Origin: Myxococcales bacterium
GTDB taxonomy: Bacteria > Myxococcota_A > Polyangia > Polyangiales > DASUME01
DNA: 64,000 nt
NCBI GenBank assembly: GCA_047601445.1
Contig: JASGJH010000001.1
Coordinates: 6,976,001-7,040,000, forward strand
Direction of reading: 5' to 3'
Position numbers and translations under genes: made by a program. How positions within the stretch are numbered: position 1 is the stretch's first letter; every line of letters begins with the position of its first letter. Below are positions 19,690 to 38,783 of this stretch, in pieces. The notes below the pieces were generated by a model, which was given only the letters and a program-made list of their open reading frames with translations, had not been told where the DNA came from and did not search any database.

Positions 19690-21105
19690 ATGAAGTTCGC
19701 AGGGTGCCTTGGTGGGGGTGGAGTCGACGGTAAAGGGACGGGTCGCAGCCTGAGAGGGTGGCTCGCGGGATTGGCGCTCTCGCTGATCAGCGCATCCGTT
19801 CAGGCCCAGGGCTTCGTGACCGATCGCGGCGTGCGTGCCCTGGGGCGCGGCACGGCGTTCGTGGCTGGCGCCGAAGGTGCGGAGGCACTCTGGTACAATC
19901 CGGCCGGCTTGGCCTACGCCGGTCGCAGTTTGCGTCTGGAGGGTACGCTGGGGCTGAACTCGGCGTCGTTTCGGCGCGTGGACGAAGCCGCGAGCTATCA
20001 ATACCCGTCGGTGAGTGAAGGGACCACGCTCAACGTGGTGCCGCTGCTCGGCTACACCGAGAATTTCGGCCTCAGTGACTTCACCTTCGGGCTCGCAGCG
20101 TTCGGCCAAAACACGCGTCAACACGACTGGCCCACGACGGTCATGTCCACGGTGCCTGCACCGCAGCGCTACGCGGGCTTCGAGAGCAGCCAGCAGCAAT
20201 GGCACGCGGCCCTCGGCATGGCCTGGCACGGCGTGCGCGGCCTGTCCTTGGGCATCGCCCCCCAGTTGGTGCTCGGGCGCTGGAAGCGCACGCTCGACGT
20301 GAGCCAGTGCGACTCCTTCGCGTGCACCTATCCGGAAGATCCGAACTTCGACAGCCGAACTCAGCTCGGTCCTGTCGTGCTGCCCGCGGTCACCGTGGGG
20401 CTAGGGCTTACCTATCTCGCGCGCTACGTGCGCGTCGGCGCGTCCCTCCAGACCCCGTTCCGCAGCAGCGGCAAGGCCGACGTCAGCATGCAGCTACCCA
20501 CCGCTCCGCTCTACGACCGCGCGTCCATTGGGGCAGGCACCGTCGACGCGCAGCTGTCGCTGCCATGGATCGCGCGCGCGGGCATCGAGTTTTTGCCCGT
20601 GGAGGGGCTTCGCATCGAGCTCGCGGGCACCTTCGAGCGCTGGTCGAAGCGGCCAGGATGGCAGATGACCTCACCGTCGACCGCGCTCGTGAGCAACGTG
20701 GTGGGCATCGGAGACTATCAAGCAGCCTGGAGCGCGGCGATGCCCATGCAGGACAGCTTCAGCGCGCGCTTGGGCGCCGAGTACCGCATTTTTCCGGCCC
20801 ATTTGAGCCTGCGCGCGGGCGCCGCGTACATGAGTAGCTCGGTCCCCACGCAGGCTCTCACGGCCGTGCACTACGACGCCAATCGCGTGCTCTACAGCCT
20901 CGGTGCCAGCGTGCACATCCAGGATCGCGCGGACATCGACGGCGTGGTCGGCTACGTGCTGCAGCTCGACCAGGACGTCAGCGACTCCGAGGTGGTGCAG
21001 CCCTCCGCGAACCTCGTGCCCGGCATCGCCAACAATGGAATCGGCAACGGGCACTACCACGCGAACGCCGTCTTCCTCGGGTTGGGTGCCACGATTCGTC
21101 TCTGA
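19690..21105 (+). CDS. FadL/OmpP1-type outer-membrane transporter for hydrophobic compounds
   Basis: GVRALGRGTAFVAGA...ALWYNPAGL N-terminal motif, amphipathic strands and a barrel-type C-terminus. Confidence 0.88.
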   Translation: MKFAGCLGGGGVDGKGTGRSLRGWLAGLALSLISASVQAQGFVTDRGVRALGRGTAFVAGAEGAEALWYNPAGLAYAGRSLRLEGTLGLNSASFRRVDEAASYQYPSVSEGTTLNVVPLLGYTENFGLSDFTFGLAAFGQNTRQHDWPTTVMSTVPAPQRYAGFESSQQQWHAALGMAWHGVRGLSLGIAPQLVLGRWKRTLDVSQCDSFACTYPEDPNFDSRTQLGPVVLPAVTVGLGLTYLARYVRVGASLQTPFRSSGKADVSMQLPTAPLYDRASIGAGTVDAQLSLPWIARAGIEFLPVEGLRIELAGTFERWSKRPGWQMTSPSTALVSNVVGIGDYQAAWSAAMPMQDSFSARLGAEYRIFPAHLSLRAGAAYMSSSVPTQALTAVHYDANRVLYSLGASVHIQDRADIDGVVGYVLQLDQDVSDSEVVQPSANLVPGIANNGIGNGHYHANAVFLGLGATIRL

Positions 21106-21150
21106 TCCGCGGCGGGCAGCCCAGGCGCCGCCGTGCCGATATCTTCGCGT

Positions 21151-22263
21151 TCACTTCAGCGGGATGCGCCCAATCGTGCCGCCGAAGGTTGCCACGTACG
21201 CGTACTGATCGTCGAAGGCCATGGCCTCCACGGTGGACACCTTGCCGAAAGCCTGCAGGCTGCCCTTGGCCTCATCGTAGCGATACAGACAGTGGTTCTT
21301 CTGATCGCTGACGAACACCGAGCTGCCGTTGCCGAACATGCCATTGACGACGAAGTCACCGGCGAGCAGCTCGATGTTGCCTCCGGCCACCGGTACGCGT
21401 CCCAGGTAGCTGCTGATCAGATCGCGCCCCACGCTCACGTAGACGTTGCCATCGGTGGCGGCCATGAAGTTGTCGAGGTTGTCCGCGCTGGCCAGCTGCT
21501 TGGCGTCCTTGGACTCGCCCCCCGCGACCGCCGACATCACTCGGTAGCCATCACCGGCGTAGTCGACAGCGTAGTACTTGCCGGCGCGCTCCACCGCGGA
21601 TCCCACGCACTGGAACTCCACGTAGTCGTCCGCCGAGGCATTGTCTTGATGGAGGATGTGCACGCTCGAGCCGCGGTTGGCACAGTCGAAGTTGATGGTG
21701 TCCCACGTGTAGACCGTGCTGCCGTCGCGGGCGAGCTCGGATCGACCCGCGCCCTGGGTGATCGTGCCGGTGGAGATGGTCAGGTGATCGGAGCTGATGG
21801 CATCGGCGAACCACAGGTCGTTGCCGAAGCCCTTCACCTGGATCAGGTTCTTCTGGTCGACGACCTTGGTGGGCTCGGCCGGCGCGCCCTTGGGCAGGCT
21901 GAAGAGGCCGTCGTTCGAGGCGAAGTAGATCGAGTCTCCGATCAGGTCCATGCCATGGGTGGTCACCGCGTGCTGGTGGAGCACTTCCACGGCGGCGGCG
22001 GAGTCACATGGGGGAATGGTCACGGACGTGTTCCACTTGGCGTCGTCGTCCTGTCCTTCGTCCGCCCCGTCTCCTGCCTGCGAGGGATCGGTGGAGTGGC
22101 TCTGCTGGCCCGGATCGCCCGGAGTGCCCGCGTCGCCGGATGTGTCGTCGACCGCAGCATCGGACGGGTTCCCGTCTCCCTTTTCTTCGGGCGGATCGCA
22201 CGCGGTCAAAAGGAGAGGGGCGCAGAGACTCAGGCAGAGCAAGGATGAATAGGTGGGCTTCAC
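21151..22263 (-). CDS. Hypothetical lipoprotein with a probable beta-propeller
   Basis: LLTAC lipobox, acidic linker and blade-like motifs (IYFA...LFSLPK, MAFDDQYAYVA...IGRIPL). Confidence 0.7.
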   Translation of the reverse strand: MKPTYSSLLCLSLCAPLLLTACDPPEEKGDGNPSDAAVDDTSGDAGTPGDPGQQSHSTDPSQAGDGADEGQDDDAKWNTSVTIPPCDSAAAVEVLHQHAVTTHGMDLIGDSIYFASNDGLFSLPKGAPAEPTKVVDQKNLIQVKGFGNDLWFADAISSDHLTISTGTITQGAGRSELARDGSTVYTWDTINFDCANRGSSVHILHQDNASADDYVEFQCVGSAVERAGKYYAVDYAGDGYRVMSAVAGGESKDAKQLASADNLDNFMAATDGNVYVSVGRDLISSYLGRVPVAGGNIELLAGDFVVNGMFGNGSSVFVSDQKNHCLYRYDEAKGSLQAFGKVSTVEAMAFDDQYAYVATFGGTIGRIPLK

Positions 22264-22791
22264 GGAGGCTTCCTTCGAACCAGATCGCCGCGCGCACGTG
22301 CGGAACATCATGCACCGTCGTGGTTGCGCTTGAGATGTGCGACGACCTGTGGATGCAACTCTTCACGCTCAGCAGTCACGCCGCACGGCCGTTCGGGGTG
22401 ATTTGCAGCGGTCTTCTACGCGGGCAAACCGCGCAGCCCTTGCTCGATGCGGTTAACCTCGAGCGCTACTTGCTCGCGTAGCGCACGCTGTTCGTAACGC
22501 CCCAGTACACGCGGTCGAGCACGACGACGATGATGAACGCCTTCAAGCTTGCGAACGATACGGCTTGGGACGTCTGATGTGGACGTGCACGCAGCATGGT
22601 TTTCTCCTCATGTCGCGCACGCGGGAGCATGTGCGTCAGCTGACAGGAGGAGTTACGCGGCGCGGTGAGTCGATGCTCCCGCGGCGCGCGTAGGCCCTTT
22701 TTCAAGTGCAGTCGTCCCTGCATGTCAGGAACACGCGAGACTCGACGTGCGTGGCTTTAGGTTGATAGGCGCGCGGAACTTCGGCGCGGGT

Positions 22792-23541
22792 TCACTTGAG
22801 CTTGCCCTGGCTGCCCTTGGACTTGCCCGGGTTGTCCTCATCCACGCGGTCCGCGTCGTTGCCGTGGCCGCGGTCATGATCGCCCTGCTTGGCCTCGGCT
22901 TTGGCGAGCGCCTTCTCGGACGACTTGGACTTACCAGGGTTGTCCTCATCCACACCGTCCGCGTCGTTGCCATGGCCGCGATCGTGATCACCGCCCGTGC
23001 TGGCCGGCTTGGCGCCCGGCGCGGCGGCGACTGTGGGCGCTTGGACCACGGGCTTCGCGACCGGAGCCGGGTTCGCCTTCGGCGGTTGCGGTGCAGCAGG
23101 TTGCGCGACAGGCGGGCTTGCCGCAGGCGCTGCAGGCTTCGACGTCGCGAGAACCGGAGGTTGTGGAGCGGCCGGTTGCGCGACGGGTGCCGCGGGCACG
23201 GGCGCATGTGCGGTGGATTTTTGTTCGGCAGGGGTCGTCTTCGGCGCTTCGGGCGTGTGCGAAGCGTGCTCGTCGCGCTGCTTGTGTTCGTGATGGCCTG
23301 CAGGAGACGCCGCCTGATGCTCGTGTTCTGCCGAGCCGTGATGCTTCCCGTGATGGCCCGTGCTCAGGTGAAAGCCTCCCGAGCCATCGGCGCCCGATGT
23401 GTGTGAGCCCGAGCTGGAGCTGGAGCCCTCGAGTTGACCGGATTGGGATCCCGTACGCGTGCCACTCTGCATGCTCGCGTGGAACGTGCAGCCCCCGAGC
23501 AGCGCGAACATCGTCATCATCAAACCAAGCTTGCCTGTCAT
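22792..23541 (-). CDS. Low-complexity His/Pro-rich lipoprotein with two HDRGHGND...DEDNPGKS motifs
   Basis: LGGC lipobox, His-rich and Ala/Pro-rich segments and a duplicated C-terminal motif. Confidence 0.75.
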   Translation of the reverse strand: MTGKLGLMMTMFALLGGCTFHASMQSGTRTGSQSGQLEGSSSSSGSHTSGADGSGGFHLSTGHHGKHHGSAEHEHQAASPAGHHEHKQRDEHASHTPEAPKTTPAEQKSTAHAPVPAAPVAQPAAPQPPVLATSKPAAPAASPPVAQPAAPQPPKANPAPVAKPVVQAPTVAAAPGAKPASTGGDHDRGHGNDADGVDEDNPGKSKSSEKALAKAEAKQGDHDRGHGNDADRVDEDNPGKSKGSQGKLK

Positions 23542-23763
23542 GTCCCCCCCAAGTGCCTCTAGGTTCAGGGGCCCCGACCGTCGCCGCAAGCACGACATTC
23601 TAGGGAGAGCTCCGGGCAAGAGAAGAACGCGCTCTGCGCGTATCCGAGCCCACGAAAGTTACGGGGGTCGCGTCGGCGCTCTGCATACAGCACGCGTCCG
23701 TCCAAGGACAAGCCCGGACCTCGGCGCAACTCGACGTCAGTGTGGGCGGGTGCGGAGAGGCCC

Positions 23764-24237
23764 TTACGGAATGGCCGCGGCGCTCGCGGGGGCCGCGTTG
23801 CTGGCGACCTGGGCAGGGGCCTGCGGTGCCGGGCGGCAAGCGCTCGGGTGCGCGCTCACTTCGGAGCCCAGCACGCTGCGCGCCGGGAAATATCCCTCAT
23901 CCTGCTGCACGAAGACCTGGCGCTCGGCTGGATAGGCGCAGCCGGTGAAGCTGTCCTTCTGCCACGCGTTTGGCTCGTCGAAGGGACGGCGCTCATCGAC
24001 GGCGAAGCGGTAGAACTGCTTCCCGCGCACGTCGGTAAGGGCCACTTCATCGAGTACTCGGACGCGCCGCTGCACGGCCACCGGTGCGGCGCGAGAGAAC
24101 AGGCTGCGACTGGACTCAGACTTCCTGAGCGGTGCCAGGATTTGCTTGGTTACCAGCTCATTGACGGCGCTCGAGGGCGGCTCGGCAAGGGCCACGCTCG
24201 AACAGAGGATCAGAGCGATACACGGCAGCGATTTCAT
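23764..24237 (-). CDS. Hypothetical secreted protein
   Basis: Signal peptide MKSLPCIALILCSSVALA. GC-rich third codon positions. Confidence 0.7.
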   Translation of the reverse strand: MKSLPCIALILCSSVALAEPPSSAVNELVTKQILAPLRKSESSRSLFSRAAPVAVQRRVRVLDEVALTDVRGKQFYRFAVDERRPFDEPNAWQKDSFTGCAYPAERQVFVQQDEGYFPARSVLGSEVSAHPSACRPAPQAPAQVASNAAPASAAAIP

Positions 24238-24257
24238 GGCGAGACCCTTTCTAATTC

Positions 24258-24386
24258 TTTGCACGGGGAGGTCACGCGACCTCCCCGCCCGTCGCGTTGT
24301 TTGCACGGGGAGGTTCGCTTCGCTCGCCGCGCCGGGACCCACCTCACCGCGAGGTTCGCTTCGCTCACGGGCCCACGCGTAGGTTC
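24258..24386. repeat. Cluster of short direct and inverted repeats
   Basis: TTTGCACGGGGAGGT twice (24258, 24300), GAGGTTCGCTTCGCTC twice (24310, 24351) and the hairpin GGGGAGGTC-ACGC-GACCTCCCC (24265-24286). Confidence 0.75.
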
Positions 24387-25066
24387 ACGCGAGCTGGCGC
24401 GCCCACGAACAGCGGGCTGGGGCGTCCGCGCGAAAACAGGAGGGAACCCGTCGCGAGCTCGGCGATGCACGCGCAGCCGAGCACGGGAACCCAGAGCGCA
24501 GCGATGTAGACCCACTCGTCGTAGATCTCGGCGAACTCGGCGCCCACCAACAACATGCGCGACACCACGGCCACTGCGAGCTGCGCCGCCACGTGAGTGC
24601 TGAAGCGGCGGTGCGCGCGCATGTCGCGGGCTCGGGCCGTCTGGACGCTGCGCAGCATGGCGACGAACGTGATGGTGCCGGTGAGCCAGAACCCGAGCGT
24701 GCTCGGGAGTCCGCCCTGGGCGAACAGCGCGAGGTACATGCCAGAAGGGACGACCACGCTCAGGATCAGCACCGCGGTCATGCGGCCGAGCCAGCGGTGG
24801 AAGCGAGGAAATCGTGTGCGTACGCGCTGGCTCAAGAGCACCAGGCAGGCAGGGAGTGCGAACAACGCGCCAGGGACGTGGGCATACAGGGCGGCCAACC
24901 AAAGCCGGGGGCGTGCCAGGGGCAACTTCTCGAGGAAGAACGGATGGGCGTCGCCGAGCTCGATGTAGGAGGTGCTGGCCGAGCCCATGAGGCACAGCCC
25001 GACCGCCATCAGCAAAAAGAAGCCGCCGCGCCCCAGACGGGCGGAAACCTTGGCCAACGTGTCCAT
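24365..25066 (-). CDS. DUF2306-type membrane protein
   Basis: LYAHV.G...P, R..FHRWLGR, SGMYLA..AQGG and HRR motifs, with about 6 TM helices. Confidence 0.8.
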   Translation of the reverse strand: MDTLAKVSARLGRGGFFLLMAVGLCLMGSASTSYIELGDAHPFFLEKLPLARPRLWLAALYAHVPGALFALPACLVLLSQRVRTRFPRFHRWLGRMTAVLILSVVVPSGMYLALFAQGGLPSTLGFWLTGTITFVAMLRSVQTARARDMRAHRRFSTHVAAQLAVAVVSRMLLVGAEFAEIYDEWVYIAALWVPVLGCACIAELATGSLLFSRGRPSPLFVGAPARVNLRVGP

Positions 25067-25285
25067 GTCTGATTGCAGACGTGCCAGCGCGCGAAAAGTT
25101 CCAGCCGATCGGGGTGGGATCGCGCACAACCGCGAAATTCCGTGCGGCGGCACGGATGGATAGAAAGCCCCGGCTCGCCTGTGAGCCCGGTTACCGCGCA
25201 ACGCTGGGACGGCCCGAAAGCTTCCCTGCGGCAGCTCCAAGGCGGCGCGGAGCTGCTTCGAAACATAGGCGCTATCCTGCCGGGG

Positions 25286-26098
25286 ATGGGTAAGCGTGCG
25301 CCGCGTCTGCGTGTGGTGAGCTGGAACGTGAACGGCCTGCGAGCCTGCGCCGGCAAGGGCTTCCTCGAGTGGCTTCGAGGCGCGGGCGCGCACGTGGTCG
25401 GCTTGCAGGAAGTGCGCGCCGAGGCGAGTCAGTTACCTCGCGAGCTGCGCGAGCCTGCGCGCTGGCACACGCATTTCGTGGCGGCAGAACGGCGCGGCTA
25501 CAGCGGAGTGGGGTTGTACTCACGGTTTGCCCCCGACGGCGTGGAGTCATGCGTCGAGGCTCCGGACTTCGACCGAGAAGGGCGCGTACAGATCGCGCAC
25601 TTCGGCCGCCTCTCCGTGGCCAACATCTACTTTCCCAAAGGCAGCGGGAGAGAGCGCGACAACAGCCGAGTGCCTTACAAGCTCGCGTTCTACGAGCACG
25701 TGCTCGCGCGGTTGTCCGCGTTGCGTGCGCGCGGGCAGCGCGTGCTGGTCATGGGCGACTTCAACACGGCGCATCGCGAAATCGATCTCGCGCGGCCGCG
25801 GGCGAACCGCAAGAACAGCGGCTTCTTGCCCGAGGAATGTGCGGCGCTGGATGCCTGGGTGCAGGCGGGCTTCGTCGACACGTTTCGACACTTCGAGTGC
25901 ACGGGCGGTCACTACACCTGGTGGCGGCAGTGGGGGCCATCGCGCGAGAACAACGTGGGCTGGCGCATCGACTACGTGTTCGCGTGCCCTGAGGCCATGC
26001 CCTACGTCCAACGTGCGTTCATCTGGCCAGACGTCCGCATGTCGGACCACTGTCCCGTGGGAGTCGAGCTCCGCGCCGATATCATGGCCGACGGTTGA
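25286..26098 (+). CDS. xth: Exodeoxyribonuclease III
   Basis: VSWNVNGLRA, GLQEV, GYSGV, GDFNTAH, YTWW, GWRIDY and SDHCP. Confidence 0.96.
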   Translation: MGKRAPRLRVVSWNVNGLRACAGKGFLEWLRGAGAHVVGLQEVRAEASQLPRELREPARWHTHFVAAERRGYSGVGLYSRFAPDGVESCVEAPDFDREGRVQIAHFGRLSVANIYFPKGSGRERDNSRVPYKLAFYEHVLARLSALRARGQRVLVMGDFNTAHREIDLARPRANRKNSGFLPEECAALDAWVQAGFVDTFRHFECTGGHYTWWRQWGPSRENNVGWRIDYVFACPEAMPYVQRAFIWPDVRMSDHCPVGVELRADIMADG

Positions 26099-26172
26099 GC
26101 AATCCGTTGTCCGCGCGACCAGCGAAAGTCGCATGTCGGATGGCGTCTCCAATCATCAGTTGACCACGCCGC

Positions 26173-35304
<9,132 letters not shown>

Positions 35305-35310
35305 CGGCTC

Positions 35311-35341
35311 GGGCCTGGGCGCCCCGGAGCTGCCCAGGCCC
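35311..35341 (+). terminator. GC-rich stem-loop just after the giant gene
   Basis: GGGCCTGGGC-N11-GCCCAGGCCC. There is no U-tract, so it may be a stabilising hairpin. Confidence 0.5.
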
Positions 35342-35442
35342 GCAGTCGACCCCTCGAGCTGGCGATCGGCCGCGCCCCGGAGCCTGAAACGCGCCGGAAG
35401 TTTGCCCCCGATTGGGAATGGTGCTTTGGCTAGGGCTTGCTC

Positions 35443-35838
35443 ATGCTCGCCCAAGGCACCTTCGAGACCTCGACCTCCCAGGCCACTCCCTACGACTCCC
35501 TGGAGGGCGTGGTGTTCTCCCGCTCGCGCTGGCAGCGCCGCTTCACCGGCGACCTCGCTGGCGAGGGGCAGCTCGAGATGCTCGGCGCGCGAACCCCGAC
35601 CCCGGGTTCGGCCGGCTATGTGGCCCTCGAGCGGATCACCTGCGAGCTACACGGAAAGCGCGGCTCGTTCGCGCTCCTGCACACCGCGCTCATGGGACAT
35701 GGGCCCCGTACCCTGGTGATCCAGATCGTGCCTGACTCCGGCACCGGGGCACTGCGATCCATCCGGGGCAGCATGGAGGTGAGCGTGGAAGGGGGAGCCC
35801 GCTCCTATCGCCTGCACTACGAGTTGAGGCCGGCTTAG
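35443..35838 (+). CDS. DUF3224 protein
   Basis: AQGTFE...FTGDLAG...GSAGYVALE.I...L.GKRGSFALLH...IVPDSGTG.L..I.G. Confidence 0.88.
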   Translation: MLAQGTFETSTSQATPYDSLEGVVFSRSRWQRRFTGDLAGEGQLEMLGARTPTPGSAGYVALERITCELHGKRGSFALLHTALMGHGPRTLVIQIVPDSGTGALRSIRGSMEVSVEGGARSYRLHYELRPA

Positions 35839-36022
35839 GGGTCTGTCCCAATTTCGGAGTCTGGGCCTGGATCGTACGCGTGCCCGTGCCCGCAAACGAT
35901 CCCGCTGGTTTGCAACTGGGTATCCCGTGGCTTGCAGGTCCGGGTCCGTAGCCAAACGGTGTGGCTCGCCGAAGCTCACTCGCTATCATGGCGTCAGGAC
36001 TACCCTACGGAAGGGAGCGCCC

Positions 36023-36580
36023 GTGGCCTACGAGCGAATGAGTAGCACCGAGCTGCACCAGGCTCTGCGAGACTCCAGCAACAGGGCCCTGTGTGCCGAG
36101 GACGCGAGCTTGCGTCTGCTGTTCGAGCTGCAGGTTCACCAGATCGAGCTGGAGATGCAGAACCGGGAGATGCGCGAGATGCGCGCTGAACTCGAGGCCT
36201 CCCGGGACCGCTATGCGAGCAGGTACGACTTCTCGCCGGTCGTGCTGTGCACCTTGGACGATCGCGGGGTCATCGTGGACCTCAACTTGACGGCAGCGGA
36301 GTTCTTCGGGCGAGAGCGAGAGTTCCTGCGGCGCCTGCCCATCACCGTATTCTTGAAGGACGACACGCTGCGCCTGTGGCAGCTGATGGGCGAAGCCGCC
36401 ACGACTGGCAGGCGAGTACGCGGCACGTTCAAGCTGTTGCTTGCTGGAAAGTCGCTCTCCGCGGAGTTTCTCTGTGTCCCCGCCGAGCGCGGGCACGGGT
36501 CGAAGAAGAACCGAGTGTTCGAGGTCGCCATCGTCGAAACCAAGGTCGTCCAGGAAGCGGTCGAGGTCTCCAGCGGGTAG
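36023..36580 (+). CDS. Stand-alone PAS domain protein
   Basis: ELQVHQIELEMQN coiled coil followed by YDFSPV...TLD..G.I...NLTAA. No output domain. Confidence 0.85.
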   Translation: MAYERMSSTELHQALRDSSNRALCAEDASLRLLFELQVHQIELEMQNREMREMRAELEASRDRYASRYDFSPVVLCTLDDRGVIVDLNLTAAEFFGREREFLRRLPITVFLKDDTLRLWQLMGEAATTGRRVRGTFKLLLAGKSLSAEFLCVPAERGHGSKKNRVFEVAIVETKVVQEAVEVSSG

Positions 36581-36663
36581 CCGCCAACTGGTGTCCGCCA
36601 ATCAGCCTGGGTCGTTCCTAGGCTCGAAGCCCGGGTGCGCCTCCTTCGGTCGCCGCGTGTGTC

Positions 36664-38646
36664 TTAGGTCCGACGGCTGCGTCGCCACCCGAACCACCAC
36701 ATCAAGCAGGCCGCCAGCAGCGCACCACCTTGGGGCAGCTCGTGGCCCGCTCCGAGCGTGCGACAGGCGCAGTCGCCGGGCGTCGAGGGCCGCACCGTGT
36801 CGTTCCCGAGGTTGTAGCCATGGTCGCCCGCGTCGCTTTCAATGCCCAAGTCGTCCGGAGCCGAGTCATCCTCGTCATCAGGCGTGCTTCCCGCGTCCGC
36901 TTCCGTGCCTGCATCGAGATCGACGGCGGGCACGTCGAGCGCACCTGGCAGCGAGCCCGCCGCCAACGGGATCACGAGTTCGCTCGGGTGCTCGTCGTCC
37001 GTATACAGCGTCAGCGTGGTGGCCACAGGCTTGGCCGAGACCAGCGGATCACCCACGTTGGGATTCGGCTCGTAGCGTGGGCTGCTGGTGCCCGACACGG
37101 CGATGCGCAGGGCCTGCCCCGGTGCGAGCTTCACCGCCATCGGTCCGAGCTGGATGTCGAAGCGGACGGGTTGGCCCGGTACGAGCGGCACGCGCTTGTC
37201 GTTGCCCGCCACGAAGCGACCGCGCCGTATGCCGTCGCTGAGCGCCACGGCTTTGCCCATCGCGGTGAGCACCTCCGCACGCACGATCACGTCGACGTCG
37301 CTGGTGGCGCTACTCGCCCACAAATGAAGCCGCAAATTGCCACGAATTTGCGTGATCTCCGTGACGGGCATGGAGGCCGCCACGAACACCGCGGGCGACG
37401 CGTCGAGCTTGGCTTGATCGAACGGACCCGCTGCGGTCGCGAGGTTGCCACCGCCCAGGGAGGCCAGCGGCGCGGCAGGGTCCACGGGCAACGCGCGCGG
37501 TGCGTCTTGCGATGGGGCCGAACCGAGTGCCCCCGACGATTGCACGAAGAGCCGCTTGTCGACGCTCTCGGGAGGAGGCCAGGTGCCGCTCTCGAGCCAG
37601 GTCCCGTGCGCCACGATGCGGGGCGTATTGTCGGCCGGGTCGTTGGCCATCTCGTCGGTGACTTCGGTCTCGTAGTAGCGAACCGGAGCGAACTGCGGTC
37701 GCGCGCCGTCCTGCGTGCACCAGCGCACGTAGGCGAGTAGTTCGTCGCCCGCCGCGGTGTAGGGCGCGTCCTCGGGGAACAGCAGCTCGCCCTGCGTGCG
37801 CGTGCCGATGCCGCCGTGGGTCCATGGACCGAGGATGAGGAACACGTTCTCGCGCGCCTCGGGTGCGGCATAGGTCTGCAACTCACGCAGCGCGCGCACC
37901 TCACTGGGCGCGAAGATGTCGAACATACCGCCGATGATGAACACGGGGTGCTTGACCTTGCTCATCTCATCGGTGGTCAGCGTCGCGTCGTCCCAGTAGC
38001 TGTCGCGGACCTCGTGACTCTTCCAGAGCGTCACCACATCGGCCGCTCCCAGATCCGTGAGCCAGCGCGTGCCGAGATCGGTGCGCCAGGCGCCGCCCGG
38101 AAAGAGGCCCTCGTACACGTCGTGGGTCGGCATGCCGAGGTGCGCGCAACGCAGGGCCTCGGGGGCATCACCCATGGCCATGAACTGCACGATGCCCTCG
38201 GCGGAATTGCTGTAGGTGGCGATGCGTCCGTTCGACCAGGATTGCTTCGTAATCCATTCCATGGTGGCGCGACCATCCACCTGGTCGTCGAAGAAGGGCT
38301 CGAAGGTGCCCTGGGAGTTGCCGCGTCCACGCACGTCCTGCGAGACCAGCACGAAGCCGCTGTTGACGATGGCCTGCGCCAGCGAGAAATCCACGCCGCG
38401 TCCGTAGGGAGTGCGCCGCAGCAGCACCGGCCGCTTCTCCTGCGAGAGCAGCGGCTGCCACACGTCGGTGGCCAGCGTCACGCCGTCGGGCATGGCCACC
38501 TGGACCGTGGTGGGTAAGGCCTGCGCGAGAGCGGGTGCAGGAGCGAGCGCGAAGCAAGCGAGCGTGAAGACACCGAGCGCGAAGCAAGCGAGCGCGAAGA
38601 CACCGAGCGCGGAGCAAGCGAGCAAGATAAGACGGCGACTAGACAT
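36664..38646 (-). CDS. CocE/NonD family hydrolase with MYXO-CTERM-like anchor
   Basis: MPDGVTLATDV, RTPYG, QDVRGRG.S.G, WSNGRI, GPWTHG and a PepX-like C-terminal domain. The tail reads GDCAC...hydrophobic...RRSRR. Confidence 0.92.
   Translation of the reverse strand: MSSRRLILLACSALGVFALACFALGVFTLACFALAPAPALAQALPTTVQVAMPDGVTLATDVWQPLLSQEKRPVLLRRTPYGRGVDFSLAQAIVNSGFVLVSQDVRGRGNSQGTFEPFFDDQVDGRATMEWITKQSWSNGRIATYSNSAEGIVQFMAMGDAPEALRCAHLGMPTHDVYEGLFPGGAWRTDLGTRWLTDLGAADVVTLWKSHEVRDSYWDDATLTTDEMSKVKHPVFIIGGMFDIFAPSEVRALRELQTYAAPEARENVFLILGPWTHGGIGTRTQGELLFPEDAPYTAAGDELLAYVRWCTQDGARPQFAPVRYYETEVTDEMANDPADNTPRIVAHGTWLESGTWPPPESVDKRLFVQSSGALGSAPSQDAPRALPVDPAAPLASLGGGNLATAAGPFDQAKLDASPAVFVAASMPVTEITQIRGNLRLHLWASSATSDVDVIVRAEVLTAMGKAVALSDGIRRGRFVAGNDKRVPLVPGQPVRFDIQLGPMAVKLAPGQALRIAVSGTSSPRYEPNPNVGDPLVSAKPVATTLTLYTDDEHPSELVIPLAAGSLPGALDVPAVDLDAGTEADAGSTPDDEDDSAPDDLGIESDAGDHGYNLGNDTVRPSTPGDCACRTLGAGHELPQGGALLAACLMWWFGWRRSRRT
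38544..38623. repeat. 30-bp tandem repeat (about 2.7 copies) in the hydrolase signal peptide
   Basis: The unit CGAGCGCGAAGCAAGCGAGCG(T/C)GAAGACAC starts at 38544 and 38574, with a partial copy at 38604. It encodes (A/T)LACFALGVF. Confidence 0.9.
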
Positions 38647-38783
38647 TTGGGCCTATCTTAGACAGACCCCGGCGCGTGCAAAGCGGGGCTGATTGACATC
38701 CGAGGCCACTACGACGGGCCCCCGTGTCAGCCGGGCCCACGCACGAAATCCGCCGCCTTCGTGCTACAAGGGGCCCCACGTCC

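Noticed and set aside
22320..22790. Small ORFs or ncRNA in the intergenic gap
   Set aside because: No convincing RBS, codon bias or structure that I can support.
35917..35936. Sigma-54 promoter upstream of the PAS gene
   Set aside because: GG-N10-GC is present but the flanking bases fit poorly. This is expected by chance at this GC content.
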